This document shows positions 48,045-57,384 of a DNA stretch of 64,000 nucleotides, piece after piece. This DNA is from Campylobacterota bacterium. GTDB lineage: Bacteria > Campylobacterota > Campylobacteria > Campylobacterales > JAADDX01. The notes under the pieces were generated by a model. That model did no database searches, was not told where the DNA came from, and was given only the letters and a program-made list of their open reading frames with translations. The position numbers and the translations under genes were made by a program. The stretch lies in the NCBI GenBank assembly GCA_013153685.1, contig JAADDX010000054.1, positions 2,842 through 66,841 of the forward strand, in the 5' to 3' direction. Numbering within the stretch: position 1 is the first letter of the stretch; each line of letters begins with the position of its first letter.

Positions 48045-48782
48045 TTATAGTTTTTTCAAGATTTCATCAACTACAAGTGTATAATCGTCTTTACCCCTAG
48101 AGTGCTCTTTGGCGATAGATTTGAGTCCGTTTTTGAAGATATGAGTAAGTTTGATATCTTTCCTAATAGGAGGCAGTATTTTATCCTTTCCTATGATAGA
48201 AGCTAATTTATCGATAGTTTCTTTGTGTTCTTTGATAGACTTACTATAAAACGTAGGCAATACCCCAAGAAGTTTGAAATCGGTCTTTAGTCGTGATGCG
48301 ATTTTATAAAAAATTTTTACAAATTGCACCGTCCCAACAAGCCCCAAATATTCCGTCTTCATTGGCACTATTACATAATCTGATGCCAAAATCGCCATCT
48401 CCAAGACAGTATCACTCATCGGTGCTGTATCGATGATACAAAAGTCGTATTCATCTTTGACTTTACGCAACAATTTCTTAAGAGTTTTTTTGTTTTGCAA
48501 CAATGATGAATTGTAATTGATATTTGCCGGAATAAAGTATAGATTTTTCATCTTACTTTTTTGGACTATAAGCTTAATGTCGATATCCTCTTTTTGGATG
48601 GCTTTGTGAATACCGTATTCAAAATCATGCTTAATACCAAGACCATATTGAATATGCCCTTGCGTATCCAAATCAATAAGCAACGTCTTATAACCTCTTT
48701 GTGCAAATTCCGCAGCAATACTTAACGTAGTGGTGGTTTTACCTACTCCACCTTTTCTATTGGTAATTAGTATCGTAATCAT
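48045..48782 (-). CDS. Orphan ParA/MinD-superfamily ATPase (no ParB partner nearby)
   Basis: 245 aa with deviant Walker A NRKGGVGKTTT, LLIDLDTQGH and Walker B FCIIDTAP. Confidence 0.8.
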   Translation of the reverse strand: MITILITNRKGGVGKTTTTLSIAAEFAQRGYKTLLIDLDTQGHIQYGLGIKHDFEYGIHKAIQKEDIDIKLIVQKSKMKNLYFIPANINYNSSLLQNKKTLKKLLRKVKDEYDFCIIDTAPMSDTVLEMAILASDYVIVPMKTEYLGLVGTVQFVKIFYKIASRLKTDFKLLGVLPTFYSKSIKEHKETIDKLASIIGKDKILPPIRKDIKLTHIFKNGLKSIAKEHSRGKDDYTLVVDEILKKL

Positions 48783-49015
48783 TCTATCCTCTTATACAAA
48801 ACATTTTCGAAAAGTTTTGCAAGCGTTTCATCTTCTACTTCAACTTCTACATCCCGTTTTTTAATAAGCAATACTTGCACTATACTTCCCCCCAAATGTG
48901 GAGTTTCTACTACAATCTTTGAGATATTATCTTGAGATACGGATGCGATAAATTCCTCTACTCTCTCATCCTCAATCTCTTCGTTAATATACAAAACATC
49001 ATCTTCCAATCTCAT
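48779..49015 (-). CDS. Small acidic protein (78 aa), weakly STAS-like, translationally coupled to the ParA-like gene
   Basis: ATGA overlap with the downstream ATPase gene. Sequence: MRLEDDVLYINEEIEDERVEEFIASVSQDNISKIVVETPHLGGSIVQVLLIKKRDVEVEVEDETLAKLFENV. The fold assignment is a guess. Confidence 0.5.
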   Translation of the reverse strand: MRLEDDVLYINEEIEDERVEEFIASVSQDNISKIVVETPHLGGSIVQVLLIKKRDVEVEVEDETLAKLFENVLYKRIE

Positions 49016-49035
49016 GATGGTCCTTTTTTTGAGTT

Positions 49036-49041
49036 ATTATA
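49036..49041 (-). promoter_or_regulatory. Candidate -10 TATAAT upstream of the 78-aa ORF
   Basis: The minus strand reads ttaaTATAATaactcaaaaaaaggaccatcATG. The leader would be very short. Confidence 0.3.
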
Positions 49042-49066
49042 TTAAAAAAAAACAAAAATATCAACA

Positions 49067-50377
49067 TTAATCAAACATCAATTTTTTGAATCTATCAAAT
49101 CCAAACTCCTTAATTACCAACGCAAACAAAATATATCCAGATAAACTACTAGCTAGTGCTAGACCGCAAGCTTGTAAAGGGTATATCAAAATCAGAGAAA
49201 AAATTATATTCCAACCAAGAGAAATTGCGGAAATTTTGGCTGCTTTTAGATGAAGGTGGGTTGAGTATAAATAACTTAAAAATATCTTAGACAAGCCAAA
49301 AGGTAATAAACCAATCATATACATTTGCAATACCCTAGCCGTATGATACGTATCATTAGCATCAAATTCTCCTCTTTGAAACAACAGCTCCACTATCGGC
49401 TTAGCACCTACAATGCCGATAATACTTGCAATACCAAGCAAAACCAAAAGCAAAATAAAACTTTTTTTCATCATAAGCATTGCTTGAGCTTGTGCATTGT
49501 TATTGAGATATTTGGCAATCTTAGGAAATATAGCTATCGAAGTAGCTATGGCAAAAAGGGCTAATGGTAATTGAAATAACCGATTTGCGTAATACAAATA
49601 ACTAATACTTCCACTTACTAAAAAAGTCGCAAGCCATGTATCTAAGAATGCGGAAATATGAGCTGTAGAATTACCGAAAATAGATGGCAAAAAGGCTTTG
49701 TTAAATTTTTGTTGGACTTGCGTATCTACCTTAGGGCTCTTACATCCTACCAACAATAGCTTAATAATACCAAACCTATAAGCCGCTACCAAATGAGCGA
49801 GCAATTGCAACAATCCTCCCACTAACACACCAATACTCATATAATAAATAATTTCCACCGGCGGTTTATCTCTAGCAAGCAATAAGGAAATAATAAGCGA
49901 TATATTCAACAAAGCCGTAGAAAAGGATGTGGTCGCAAAATGATTCTTGTATTGTAAAAGAGCAGCCAAAAACGTAACTAAAAAAATGAAATCTAAATAA
50001 TAAAAGTTAATAGCAATCAAAGGTGCGGCTATTTGCTTGGCTTGCATACTAAAACCAAAAGCCAAAATATTTGTGATAAAATTTGCAAAAATAGTTACAA
50101 ATGCCGATAATGTTAGTATAATTATAAAAAACTTTTTTAGGGTATTAAAAGCAAATGAGGGTTTGTATTTAGCCGCACTAAACGCCGGTAGAAAGCTTTG
50201 CATAAAAGCACCCTCGGCAAATATTCGTCTAAAAAGATTTGGCAGTTTAAAAGCCACAAAGAAAATATCGCTATAAATATTTGCACCGAGGATAGAAGCA
50301 CTTAACAAGTCTCTTATGAATCCGAGAATTCTCGAAAAAAGAATTCCACTACTGTTTGTAAAAATTGCTCTAAACAT
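49067..50377 (-). CDS. murJ: Lipid II flippase MurJ (MviN)
   Basis: Start moved to ATG 50377 (MFRAIFTNSSGILFSRILGFIRD, the canonical MurJ N-terminus). The 63-codon extension in the track overlaps the divergent gene. Confidence 0.85.
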   Translation of the reverse strand: MFRAIFTNSSGILFSRILGFIRDLLSASILGANIYSDIFFVAFKLPNLFRRIFAEGAFMQSFLPAFSAAKYKPSFAFNTLKKFFIIILTLSAFVTIFANFITNILAFGFSMQAKQIAAPLIAINFYYLDFIFLVTFLAALLQYKNHFATTSFSTALLNISLIISLLLARDKPPVEIIYYMSIGVLVGGLLQLLAHLVAAYRFGIIKLLLVGCKSPKVDTQVQQKFNKAFLPSIFGNSTAHISAFLDTWLATFLVSGSISYLYYANRLFQLPLALFAIATSIAIFPKIAKYLNNNAQAQAMLMMKKSFILLLVLLGIASIIGIVGAKPIVELLFQRGEFDANDTYHTARVLQMYMIGLLPFGLSKIFLSYLYSTHLHLKAAKISAISLGWNIIFSLILIYPLQACGLALASSLSGYILFALVIKEFGFDRFKKLMFD

Positions 50378-50423
50378 AGGTGGAATTATATCACAAAAAA
50401 TATATATTAATTTAAGGAATGGG

Positions 50424-52511
50424 ATGAGTTTACTTAAAAAAGTAACTAAAATGTTCAAAAAAGAAAATAAAGCACCAACATCAGATGAGGTAGAAATACC
50501 ATCACAACTAGTAAAAACAGGAAATGTTGCGTATGCTTTGCAGCAACTTGCTAAAAAATACAACATCCCTACTACAAAGATAGATTTTGATATCGTAAAT
50601 ATCGAAACTCAAATCAAAATGACAAAAGACTCAGATTTTGAGCCAGCTACTGCGGAAATTATTGAATTAATAAGCAATAACATAGATATGTTGCTAGATG
50701 AGAATCTGGAAATTAAACAACAATACGATATCAAAATCAAACCATTTCAGACTGATGAAAAGTTTCATGTTGTCGGTAAAATAGAAGCGAGGGATTTGAC
50801 ACACGCAATCTACCATATCTCTCCTAAATCGCATATTTTTTATGATGATATGTTAGAGGGCTTTAATATTGAACTTGAGAAGAAATTTATCAATGAATTA
50901 AATAAGAGGAAATTAAAAGCCGGTATTTTAATCGACTTGCCGTTTTGGGAAGAGGAATTCAAAGCCGATATCAAAAAGCTAGTATCCGTAATAGAAGCAT
51001 TTGGTGGATTAGAAGAGCCTTTTACACTAACATTATGCAAGACCAAACCAGAACCCATCCCAACAGTACAACTCAAAATCATCGAACACTACAAACAATA
51101 CGCTCAACATTCAGAGAGAGTAAAAGCTCTTGTATACCCAGTGCACAAAGATGATTTGTTATTGGAAATTATCAAACCCAAACTCGGTAGAAACGGTAGG
51201 ACATACAAAGGTAAGCTAATCAAAGCGGAGCCTCTTAAGACTACAGAAGTGCCGCATTATCGAATTAATGAGGATGTTCGAAAAGAAGAGGATGACGATG
51301 TTATTAAATATTATGCCAACAAAAACGGTTACGTGCAAATCAAAGAAAACGTAATCTTAATCAAAAAAGAACTAGAAATTAATCAAATTTCCCTAAGAAG
51401 CGGTCACGTAAAAGGTGGTGAAGATAGTGATGTAAGTATGAAAATCAAAGAAACAAACGCCATGAAAGAAGCTATCAAAGACGGTATGGTAGTAGAGACA
51501 ACCGAGCTTATTGTGGGTGGAAATGTGGGAAAAGGTGCCAAAATCAAAGCCAAGTATCTAGAAATAGGAGGTCAAACTCACAAAAAATCCAAAATTATCG
51601 CAAATGAAGCCAAAATCAACGTCCACAAAGGACAATTAAAAGCCAAAAAAGCCCATATTACAAGATTAGAAGGTGGGATTATCAAAGCAGATGAAGTACA
51701 TTTAGAGCAGGTAATTAGTGGAAAGGTCGTTGCAAAGGAAATTTTTATAGAGTTACTAGGCTCACACATTACGCTCATTGCAGCGGATTTGATAGAAGTA
51801 ACCAAACTAAAAGGGAGTGAAAATAAATTTATTATCGATGAAGCGGCGGTATTGGATAAAGAGGAGCTAATTCACAAACTAGAAGCCAAAATCAGACAAA
51901 TAGAGATCAAAATCAGACAATTCCAAGATAAATTAAAACGCAACAAAAACCAAATCAAAAAAAACAAACCGCAAGTAGATGCAGCCAAAGAGAAAATAGA
52001 ACAAGAAAAACAAAGAGGCTTGCAAGTCAACCCAAATTTACTAGAGAAAATCAAAAAATTCAAGCAATTTGTGAAAAAAACCAAAAAAATAGAAGAGGAT
52101 ATTCAAGAGTTATTTAACCTCAAGCAAAAAGCGGAAGATGAAATCAAAGAATTACAAAAAAATGCATTTGATGCCAAAATTATCTCCAAATCTGGATTTA
52201 CGGAATTTAATAGAATCGAATTCCACTTGCAAAATCCAAAAGAGGATATCATATATGATACTAAAGCAAGTGATAAAAATATCAACTTATTTACATTAGA
52301 AGAGCTTGAGAGTGGTGTGCACAAAATTGTCAGCAAAGCAATAGAAGAATATCAAATCAAAGAGGAGGAGAGTGAAACTCAAGAAGAAAATAATGAAGAA
52401 ACCAAAAATGCCGATAGCAGCAAAGAACAAGTAGAAAATAACGACACTGATGAGAAGGGGGATACAGAAACTACAAACGAAAATGAAGCAGAAGAGTTTG
52501 TAGAATTATAA
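50424..52511 (+). CDS. FapA/DUF342-family protein, paralogue 1 (beta-helix core, coiled coil, acidic C-terminal tail)
   Basis: Start moved to ATG 50424 (MSLLKK, AAGGA SD). The N-terminal region contains IDFDI. The beta-helix-like core is ELIVGGNVGKGAKIKAKYLEIGGQTHKKSKIIANEAKINVHKG. A coiled coil follows, then the tail EEESETQEENNEETKN...EAEEFVEL. Confidence 0.6.
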   Translation: MSLLKKVTKMFKKENKAPTSDEVEIPSQLVKTGNVAYALQQLAKKYNIPTTKIDFDIVNIETQIKMTKDSDFEPATAEIIELISNNIDMLLDENLEIKQQYDIKIKPFQTDEKFHVVGKIEARDLTHAIYHISPKSHIFYDDMLEGFNIELEKKFINELNKRKLKAGILIDLPFWEEEFKADIKKLVSVIEAFGGLEEPFTLTLCKTKPEPIPTVQLKIIEHYKQYAQHSERVKALVYPVHKDDLLLEIIKPKLGRNGRTYKGKLIKAEPLKTTEVPHYRINEDVRKEEDDDVIKYYANKNGYVQIKENVILIKKELEINQISLRSGHVKGGEDSDVSMKIKETNAMKEAIKDGMVVETTELIVGGNVGKGAKIKAKYLEIGGQTHKKSKIIANEAKINVHKGQLKAKKAHITRLEGGIIKADEVHLEQVISGKVVAKEIFIELLGSHITLIAADLIEVTKLKGSENKFIIDEAAVLDKEELIHKLEAKIRQIEIKIRQFQDKLKRNKNQIKKNKPQVDAAKEKIEQEKQRGLQVNPNLLEKIKKFKQFVKKTKKIEEDIQELFNLKQKAEDEIKELQKNAFDAKIISKSGFTEFNRIEFHLQNPKEDIIYDTKASDKNINLFTLEELESGVHKIVSKAIEEYQIKEEESETQEENNEETKNADSSKEQVENNDTDEKGDTETTNENEAEEFVEL

Positions 52512-52521
52512 AGGATAGTAG

Positions 52522-54387
52522 ATGGGATTTTTTGACGGATTTAAAAAAGAGAGCAAAAAAGAGACAGAAATTAGCTCACATATCATAAAAACAGATAATA
52601 TTGCGGATATTTTAAACAAAATTTCCAAAGAAACAGACACGCCCATATCAAGCTTAGATTTTGATATAGAGGGTGTAGATACGTTTGTGAAATTAAGCAA
52701 GGATACTGAGTTTGTGCTTGCAGATTTTCAGACATTTGAGCTTATCAAAGAGAAGGACTTATTAAAAAACGCCGATTTTGAGATTCGACAAACATACGAA
52801 ATCAGACTCAAAAAATTTCGATTTTCAAATAGCTTTGAGCTACTAGGTAAAGTAGTCGTAAACCCAGATACCACTCAAGCAAGCTATATCGTCTCACCAA
52901 AATCAATACTAAGATACAACAACGCCCTTGAATTCAAGATAAAAGACGAATTAAACAAGAAAAAAGCCAAATTAAATATGTTAATAGAGCTAGACTTTTT
53001 AGAAGGAAATTTATCGCATGATGTGGATAAATTGATACAAATTGTCAAAGAGGGAGAGTTGCAAGAGGATTTTGAGATAGAATTATGTAGAGCTATCCCT
53101 CCTATCAAGCCGATTCCATTGCAAATTATCGAGCACTACAAAAAACACAAAAGAACGGATGATCGAGTAAAAGAATTTATCTACCCTATTAAAAAAGGGG
53201 AATTAATATTGGAGATTATCAAACCAAAAAACGGGATTATAGGTAGAAATTGCAAAGGGGAAGTGATTGAGGTAGAAGAGGTGGAGAATGTAAAAATCCC
53301 GCAATACTACTGCAGTGAAGATGTCCTTGTAAGAGAGGATGATAAACATATTGAATATATAGCCAATTCAGCTGGGTTTGTGTATATCAGACAAAACGAA
53401 ATAGAGATCAAACATGAGATAGAAGTTAATCAAATATCTCTAAAGACCGGAAATGTAAAAGGTGCTGAAGAGAGCGAAGTGAAGTTGGAAGTTAAAGACA
53501 GCGATGCCCTAAAAGAAGCTATCCATGATGGGATGGTGGTAGAGACAACCGAGCTTATCGTAAAAGGAAATGTAGGAAACGGTGCCAAAATCAAAGCAAA
53601 ATACTTAGAGATAGAAGGGCAAACTCACAAAGGTTCTAAAATACTTGCCAAAGAAGCTCATATCAACGCACACAAAGGGCACCTCAAAGCAAATATAGCT
53701 AAAATCAACCGACTAGAAGGGGGGCTAGTTGAAGGAAATAGCGTATCTATCAAACAAGCTATTAGCGGTAAAGTAATCGCTAAAGATATTCATGTAGATT
53801 TGTTAGGTTCGCATATCACGTTAATGGCGAGTGTGATGATTGATATTAGTAGTCTCAAAGGGCATGAGAACAAACTTATTATCGACGAAGTAGCAACAGA
53901 TAACAAAGAAGACTACATTAAAGAGGTCAAAAAAGAAGCACATGAGATGGATATAGAAATCCGCCATTTGCAAGAAAAGATAGACAAACACAAAACTAGC
54001 CTTAAAAACAACAAAAAAAACGTTCAAGCCATCGATAAAAAAATCAAAGAATTAAAAGCCAAAAAACTACCAATAGATAAAGAGTTGATTGACAAAATCA
54101 AAAAATACAAAGAATACGTCAAAAAAACAAGAATGCTTGAGGAAGATCTAAAGACGCTTAAGCTCAAAAGGGAATTGCTAGAGGATAAATTAAACAAAGT
54201 CCAAGAAGGTATTACGAAAGCTATTATTATAGCAAGGTCTGGATTTCCGGAATTTAACAGAATCGAATTTCACCTAACTAATCCGCCAAAGAAAATCACA
54301 TACGATACCAAAAGGACCGATCTTTATAAAACACGTTTTATGTTGCGTCAGGATGATGATGGAAATTATAAAATAGTAGGAGAATAG
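52522..54387 (+). CDS. FapA/DUF342-family protein, paralogue 2
   Basis: 621 aa, collinear with paralogue 1. Its core ELIVKGNVGNGAKIKAKYLEIEGQTHKGSKILAKEAHINAHKG looks roughly two-thirds identical by eye. It lacks the acidic tail. The stop abuts the ruvA ATG. Confidence 0.6.
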   Translation: MGFFDGFKKESKKETEISSHIIKTDNIADILNKISKETDTPISSLDFDIEGVDTFVKLSKDTEFVLADFQTFELIKEKDLLKNADFEIRQTYEIRLKKFRFSNSFELLGKVVVNPDTTQASYIVSPKSILRYNNALEFKIKDELNKKKAKLNMLIELDFLEGNLSHDVDKLIQIVKEGELQEDFEIELCRAIPPIKPIPLQIIEHYKKHKRTDDRVKEFIYPIKKGELILEIIKPKNGIIGRNCKGEVIEVEEVENVKIPQYYCSEDVLVREDDKHIEYIANSAGFVYIRQNEIEIKHEIEVNQISLKTGNVKGAEESEVKLEVKDSDALKEAIHDGMVVETTELIVKGNVGNGAKIKAKYLEIEGQTHKGSKILAKEAHINAHKGHLKANIAKINRLEGGLVEGNSVSIKQAISGKVIAKDIHVDLLGSHITLMASVMIDISSLKGHENKLIIDEVATDNKEDYIKEVKKEAHEMDIEIRHLQEKIDKHKTSLKNNKKNVQAIDKKIKELKAKKLPIDKELIDKIKKYKEYVKKTRMLEEDLKTLKLKRELLEDKLNKVQEGITKAIIIARSGFPEFNRIEFHLTNPPKKITYDTKRTDLYKTRFMLRQDDDGNYKIVGE

Positions 54388-54930
54388 ATGATAGCTGCAC
54401 TAAGAGGCGAGATTTTTCGCAAAATGCCCAACGCAATATTACTAGATGTAAATGGAGTAATTTATGAAGTAATTGTCAGTCTTAATAGTTATTCGCAACT
54501 AAAGACCAACGTTATGTTGTATATTACAGAAATTATCAGAGAGGATAGTTATACTTTGTATGGATTTGTGGATGAGGTTGAGAAGAAAATGTTTGATACC
54601 TTAATCAAAATCAACGGTATTGGAGCAAAAGTAGCTTTGGCTATATGTAGCACTTTTACTCCGAGCTCTTTTGCTAGTATTGTGCATACCAAAAACGTAT
54701 CAGCCCTCAAACAAGTCCCTGGAATAGGACCTAAAAGTGCCAATAGGATATTGGTAGAATTGAATGATTTTGATGTTGCGAGTGTCGATTCTACTGCTGT
54801 AGAAATTATTGCGGCATTGGAAAATTTAGGATTTAAAAAAGACAACATCACAAAGGTTCTTAAAGATATCACATACACCTCAACTGAGGATGCTATCAAA
54901 CAAGCACTTAAAAAACTTGCAAGTTTATAA
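54388..54930 (+). CDS. ruvA: Holliday junction DNA helicase subunit RuvA
   Basis: 180 aa with MIAALRGEI and HhH motifs [13 protein letters not shown] and [15 protein letters not shown]. Confidence 0.9.
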   Translation: MIAALRGEIFRKMPNAILLDVNGVIYEVIVSLNSYSQLKTNVMLYITEIIREDSYTLYGFVDEVEKKMFDTLIKINGIGAKVALAICSTFTPSSFASIVHTKNVSALKQVPGIGPKSANRILVELNDFDVASVDSTAVEIIAALENLGFKKDNITKVLKDITYTSTEDAIKQALKKLASL

Positions 54931-54939
54931 AGGGATACG

Positions 54940-57348
54940 TTGAAGTTTCGATATGTGTTTGGTATTGTTTTAGTAGGTTTGTTTGTATCATTTAGTATAC
55001 TTTATATCAATCTGCTAAGAGGAATTCATCTACGCGATATTCATCTCAAAGGTATCGATATAGGCACACTATCGATTCAAATCCAAAAGAAATTTGTCGT
55101 TTATGCCAAAGATATCTCTATTAGGCATAATGTATCTAATGGGGGGGATATAGATATCATCAACAATTTCAAATTCCTAAAAACCATCTTGCAGTATTTA
55201 TCGTTTTTTCAAGCCATCCATATCCACAATCTCTCTATCAACCATAGCAAAATCAATGATTTTCGATTCGCACACAATAGATTCTCTATTAATACACCAC
55301 AAGCAAATCTACATGCAATCATCCTACCTAAAGACAACAAATTATATTTCAAAATATTCTCTCTTTATTACAAACCAAAAGATATCGTTATTAAGGATGT
55401 TACAGGAAGTTTTTATTCGGATTTGATTTATTTGTATCTTAACGTGCAGAAAAAACATATCAAAGCTTTCATAAAAGCAAGTAATCACAAAATATTTTAT
55501 GATATTACATGCAATAATGCTACATTCCAAAATTACCACATCAACGCTCACATCAAAGGAAATAAACAAAAAGCATCAATATACATAAAAGTAGTCAATA
55601 ACCTACTCTCTTTAGAATCAAACATGCATCTTTATATACGCAACAAACTTTATCTCAAAAGTAAACATCTAGCCCTTACGTATCAAGATATTCCATTTAA
55701 TATCAACGATTTAATTGCGGAAATATCACAAGATAACATTATCCTAAATGCTCGCACAATCAGCTCAAAAGATGTCGTATTAAACAATCCAAAAGCATCT
55801 CTCTCAACCGATAAAGTAGCGGTATCGTTTCATTCGCAATCCCTCATCTCTTCGCACCTCAATAAAATCTTACGCCTTTTTCATATCGATAATCCAGTCT
55901 ACCAAACACAAGGTAACAACCGTATTATTGCGTATTTAACCTATCACAACCATCAATTCCACCCAGATATCACTCTTATTACCAAAAATGCTTCATTACA
56001 AGTAGCCAAAAATGTCTTACTTGGTATCAACGGTCATATTCGCTTAAAAGACCATAAATTACTTTTTGCTAATTCACAAGTAACATTTCACAAATCTATA
56101 GTGCATACAAACTACCATATCCATCATGGAACACTTGATTTTGATACACTTGATATCAATGCTAGTGGAGATGTGGATATGAATATTACACATATCCTAT
56201 CTTTGCATCATTTCCCAGAACACTTCAATATGGACTTAAAAAAATTACAAATAAATTTGGAACGTTTACATACCAATATATATCTCAAACCTCTCAAAAT
56301 CGTTATTTCATCATTCAAAGATATCCCACACCCACTACTAAAAGAATACCAAATCTATAATGGGCATGCAGATATTTCACTTATGCCATTTTTGCTGGAT
56401 GCTGATATATTTACACATCAAAATATTATCTTACTTAACAAAAAGCCAATTCCACATTTTCATTTACATATGAGCAATAACGATATTAATATTACACACA
56501 AGCAATGCCATATCCATATCAATTATCCTCAACTTCATTATCGTAATTGTGATATCAATATCACGAGATTTTTAACAAAACAGACCCAAAAAACACGCGA
56601 TTTTAACATTTCCATTGCAGCTAAGAATACCAATATTATCTATAAAAACGTCTCTTTTTATCTACAACAAGCAAAATTGCACTATAATCACTATTTAATA
56701 ATCAACGCCCAAACAAACCCCACAACCATATCTATCAAAAAAAATAACAAATTTCTAGACATCATCATCTCTCATCTCACCGACAAAACACTCACACTCT
56801 CGCAAGATTTTTTACAAGATTTTGATGCCAATATCCACATTACTAGATACAAAGATAAAGCATTTAATGGTTATGTAGATATCAACAAAGGGTATATCCA
56901 CCAATTAAAAGGGTTTAATAATCTAATCGCGTTTATCAATCTTATCCCGTCATTAGCCACATTTAGGCCCGCTGGATTTACAAACAAAGGATACCAAATC
57001 AAATACGCTCATATAGATTTTATATACGATAAGCCGTTTTTGTATCTCAAAGGAAATATTAAAGGGATGAATATCAATTTTGATATCAACGGATATATCA
57101 ATACCGACAAACAAACAATCAATCTAAACGTCAAAGCCAATATTCTCATCAAAATTCTCAAAGATATTCCTATTGTGAATTATATACTACTTGGCAAAGA
57201 TAAGGGAATTACTATCAATCTCACGGTCACTGGAAATCTGCATAATCCTAAAATACACAAAAACACTACCAAAAACATCATACAATCGCCTCTTAATATA
57301 ATCCAACGAGCAATTACTATCCCTTTTCATCTAAAAGACGCATTTTAG
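54940..57348 (+). CDS. AsmA/YhdP-like large envelope protein (N-terminal TM anchor, repetitive beta-rich body, AsmA-like C-terminus)
   Basis: 802 aa with a TTG start and TM VFGIVLVGLFVSFSILYI. The C-terminal GYVDINKGYIHQLKGFNNLIAFINLIPSLATFRPAGFTNKGYQIKYAHIDF...LTVTGNLHNPKIH resembles AsmA/YhdP C-terminal regions (from memory). Confidence 0.55.
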   Translation: MKFRYVFGIVLVGLFVSFSILYINLLRGIHLRDIHLKGIDIGTLSIQIQKKFVVYAKDISIRHNVSNGGDIDIINNFKFLKTILQYLSFFQAIHIHNLSINHSKINDFRFAHNRFSINTPQANLHAIILPKDNKLYFKIFSLYYKPKDIVIKDVTGSFYSDLIYLYLNVQKKHIKAFIKASNHKIFYDITCNNATFQNYHINAHIKGNKQKASIYIKVVNNLLSLESNMHLYIRNKLYLKSKHLALTYQDIPFNINDLIAEISQDNIILNARTISSKDVVLNNPKASLSTDKVAVSFHSQSLISSHLNKILRLFHIDNPVYQTQGNNRIIAYLTYHNHQFHPDITLITKNASLQVAKNVLLGINGHIRLKDHKLLFANSQVTFHKSIVHTNYHIHHGTLDFDTLDINASGDVDMNITHILSLHHFPEHFNMDLKKLQINLERLHTNIYLKPLKIVISSFKDIPHPLLKEYQIYNGHADISLMPFLLDADIFTHQNIILLNKKPIPHFHLHMSNNDINITHKQCHIHINYPQLHYRNCDINITRFLTKQTQKTRDFNISIAAKNTNIIYKNVSFYLQQAKLHYNHYLIINAQTNPTTISIKKNNKFLDIIISHLTDKTLTLSQDFLQDFDANIHITRYKDKAFNGYVDINKGYIHQLKGFNNLIAFINLIPSLATFRPAGFTNKGYQIKYAHIDFIYDKPFLYLKGNIKGMNINFDINGYINTDKQTINLNVKANILIKILKDIPIVNYILLGKDKGITINLTVTGNLHNPKIHKNTTKNIIQSPLNIIQRAITIPFHLKDAF

Positions 57349-57357
57349 TTAAAAATT

Positions 57358-57366
57358 TGTTATAAT
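57358..57366 (+). promoter_or_regulatory. Extended -10 promoter TGTTATAAT upstream of the pseudouridine synthase gene
   Basis: Exact TGnTATAAT lies 19 nt upstream of GTG 57385, with an AAAGGA SD. Confidence 0.4.
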
Positions 57367-57384
57367 TAGACAAAAAGGATACAA

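Noticed and set aside
48045-49015. The small ORF plus ATPase pair considered as a toxin-antitoxin, MinD-MinE or Soj-Spo0J module.
   Set aside because: The ATPase has no toxin features. The small protein precedes rather than follows the ATPase and lacks a MinE-like N-terminus. It has no ParB HTH. The pair is kept as an open question in the findings instead.
50316-50566. Mutually overlapping 5' extensions of murJ (to 50566) and FapA-like paralogue 1 (from 50316) in the ORF track.
   Set aside because: The MurJ consensus N-terminus (MFRAIFTNSSG...RILGFIRD) starts at 50377. The paralogue alignment and an AAGGA SD favour 50424. The extensions are each other's antisense.
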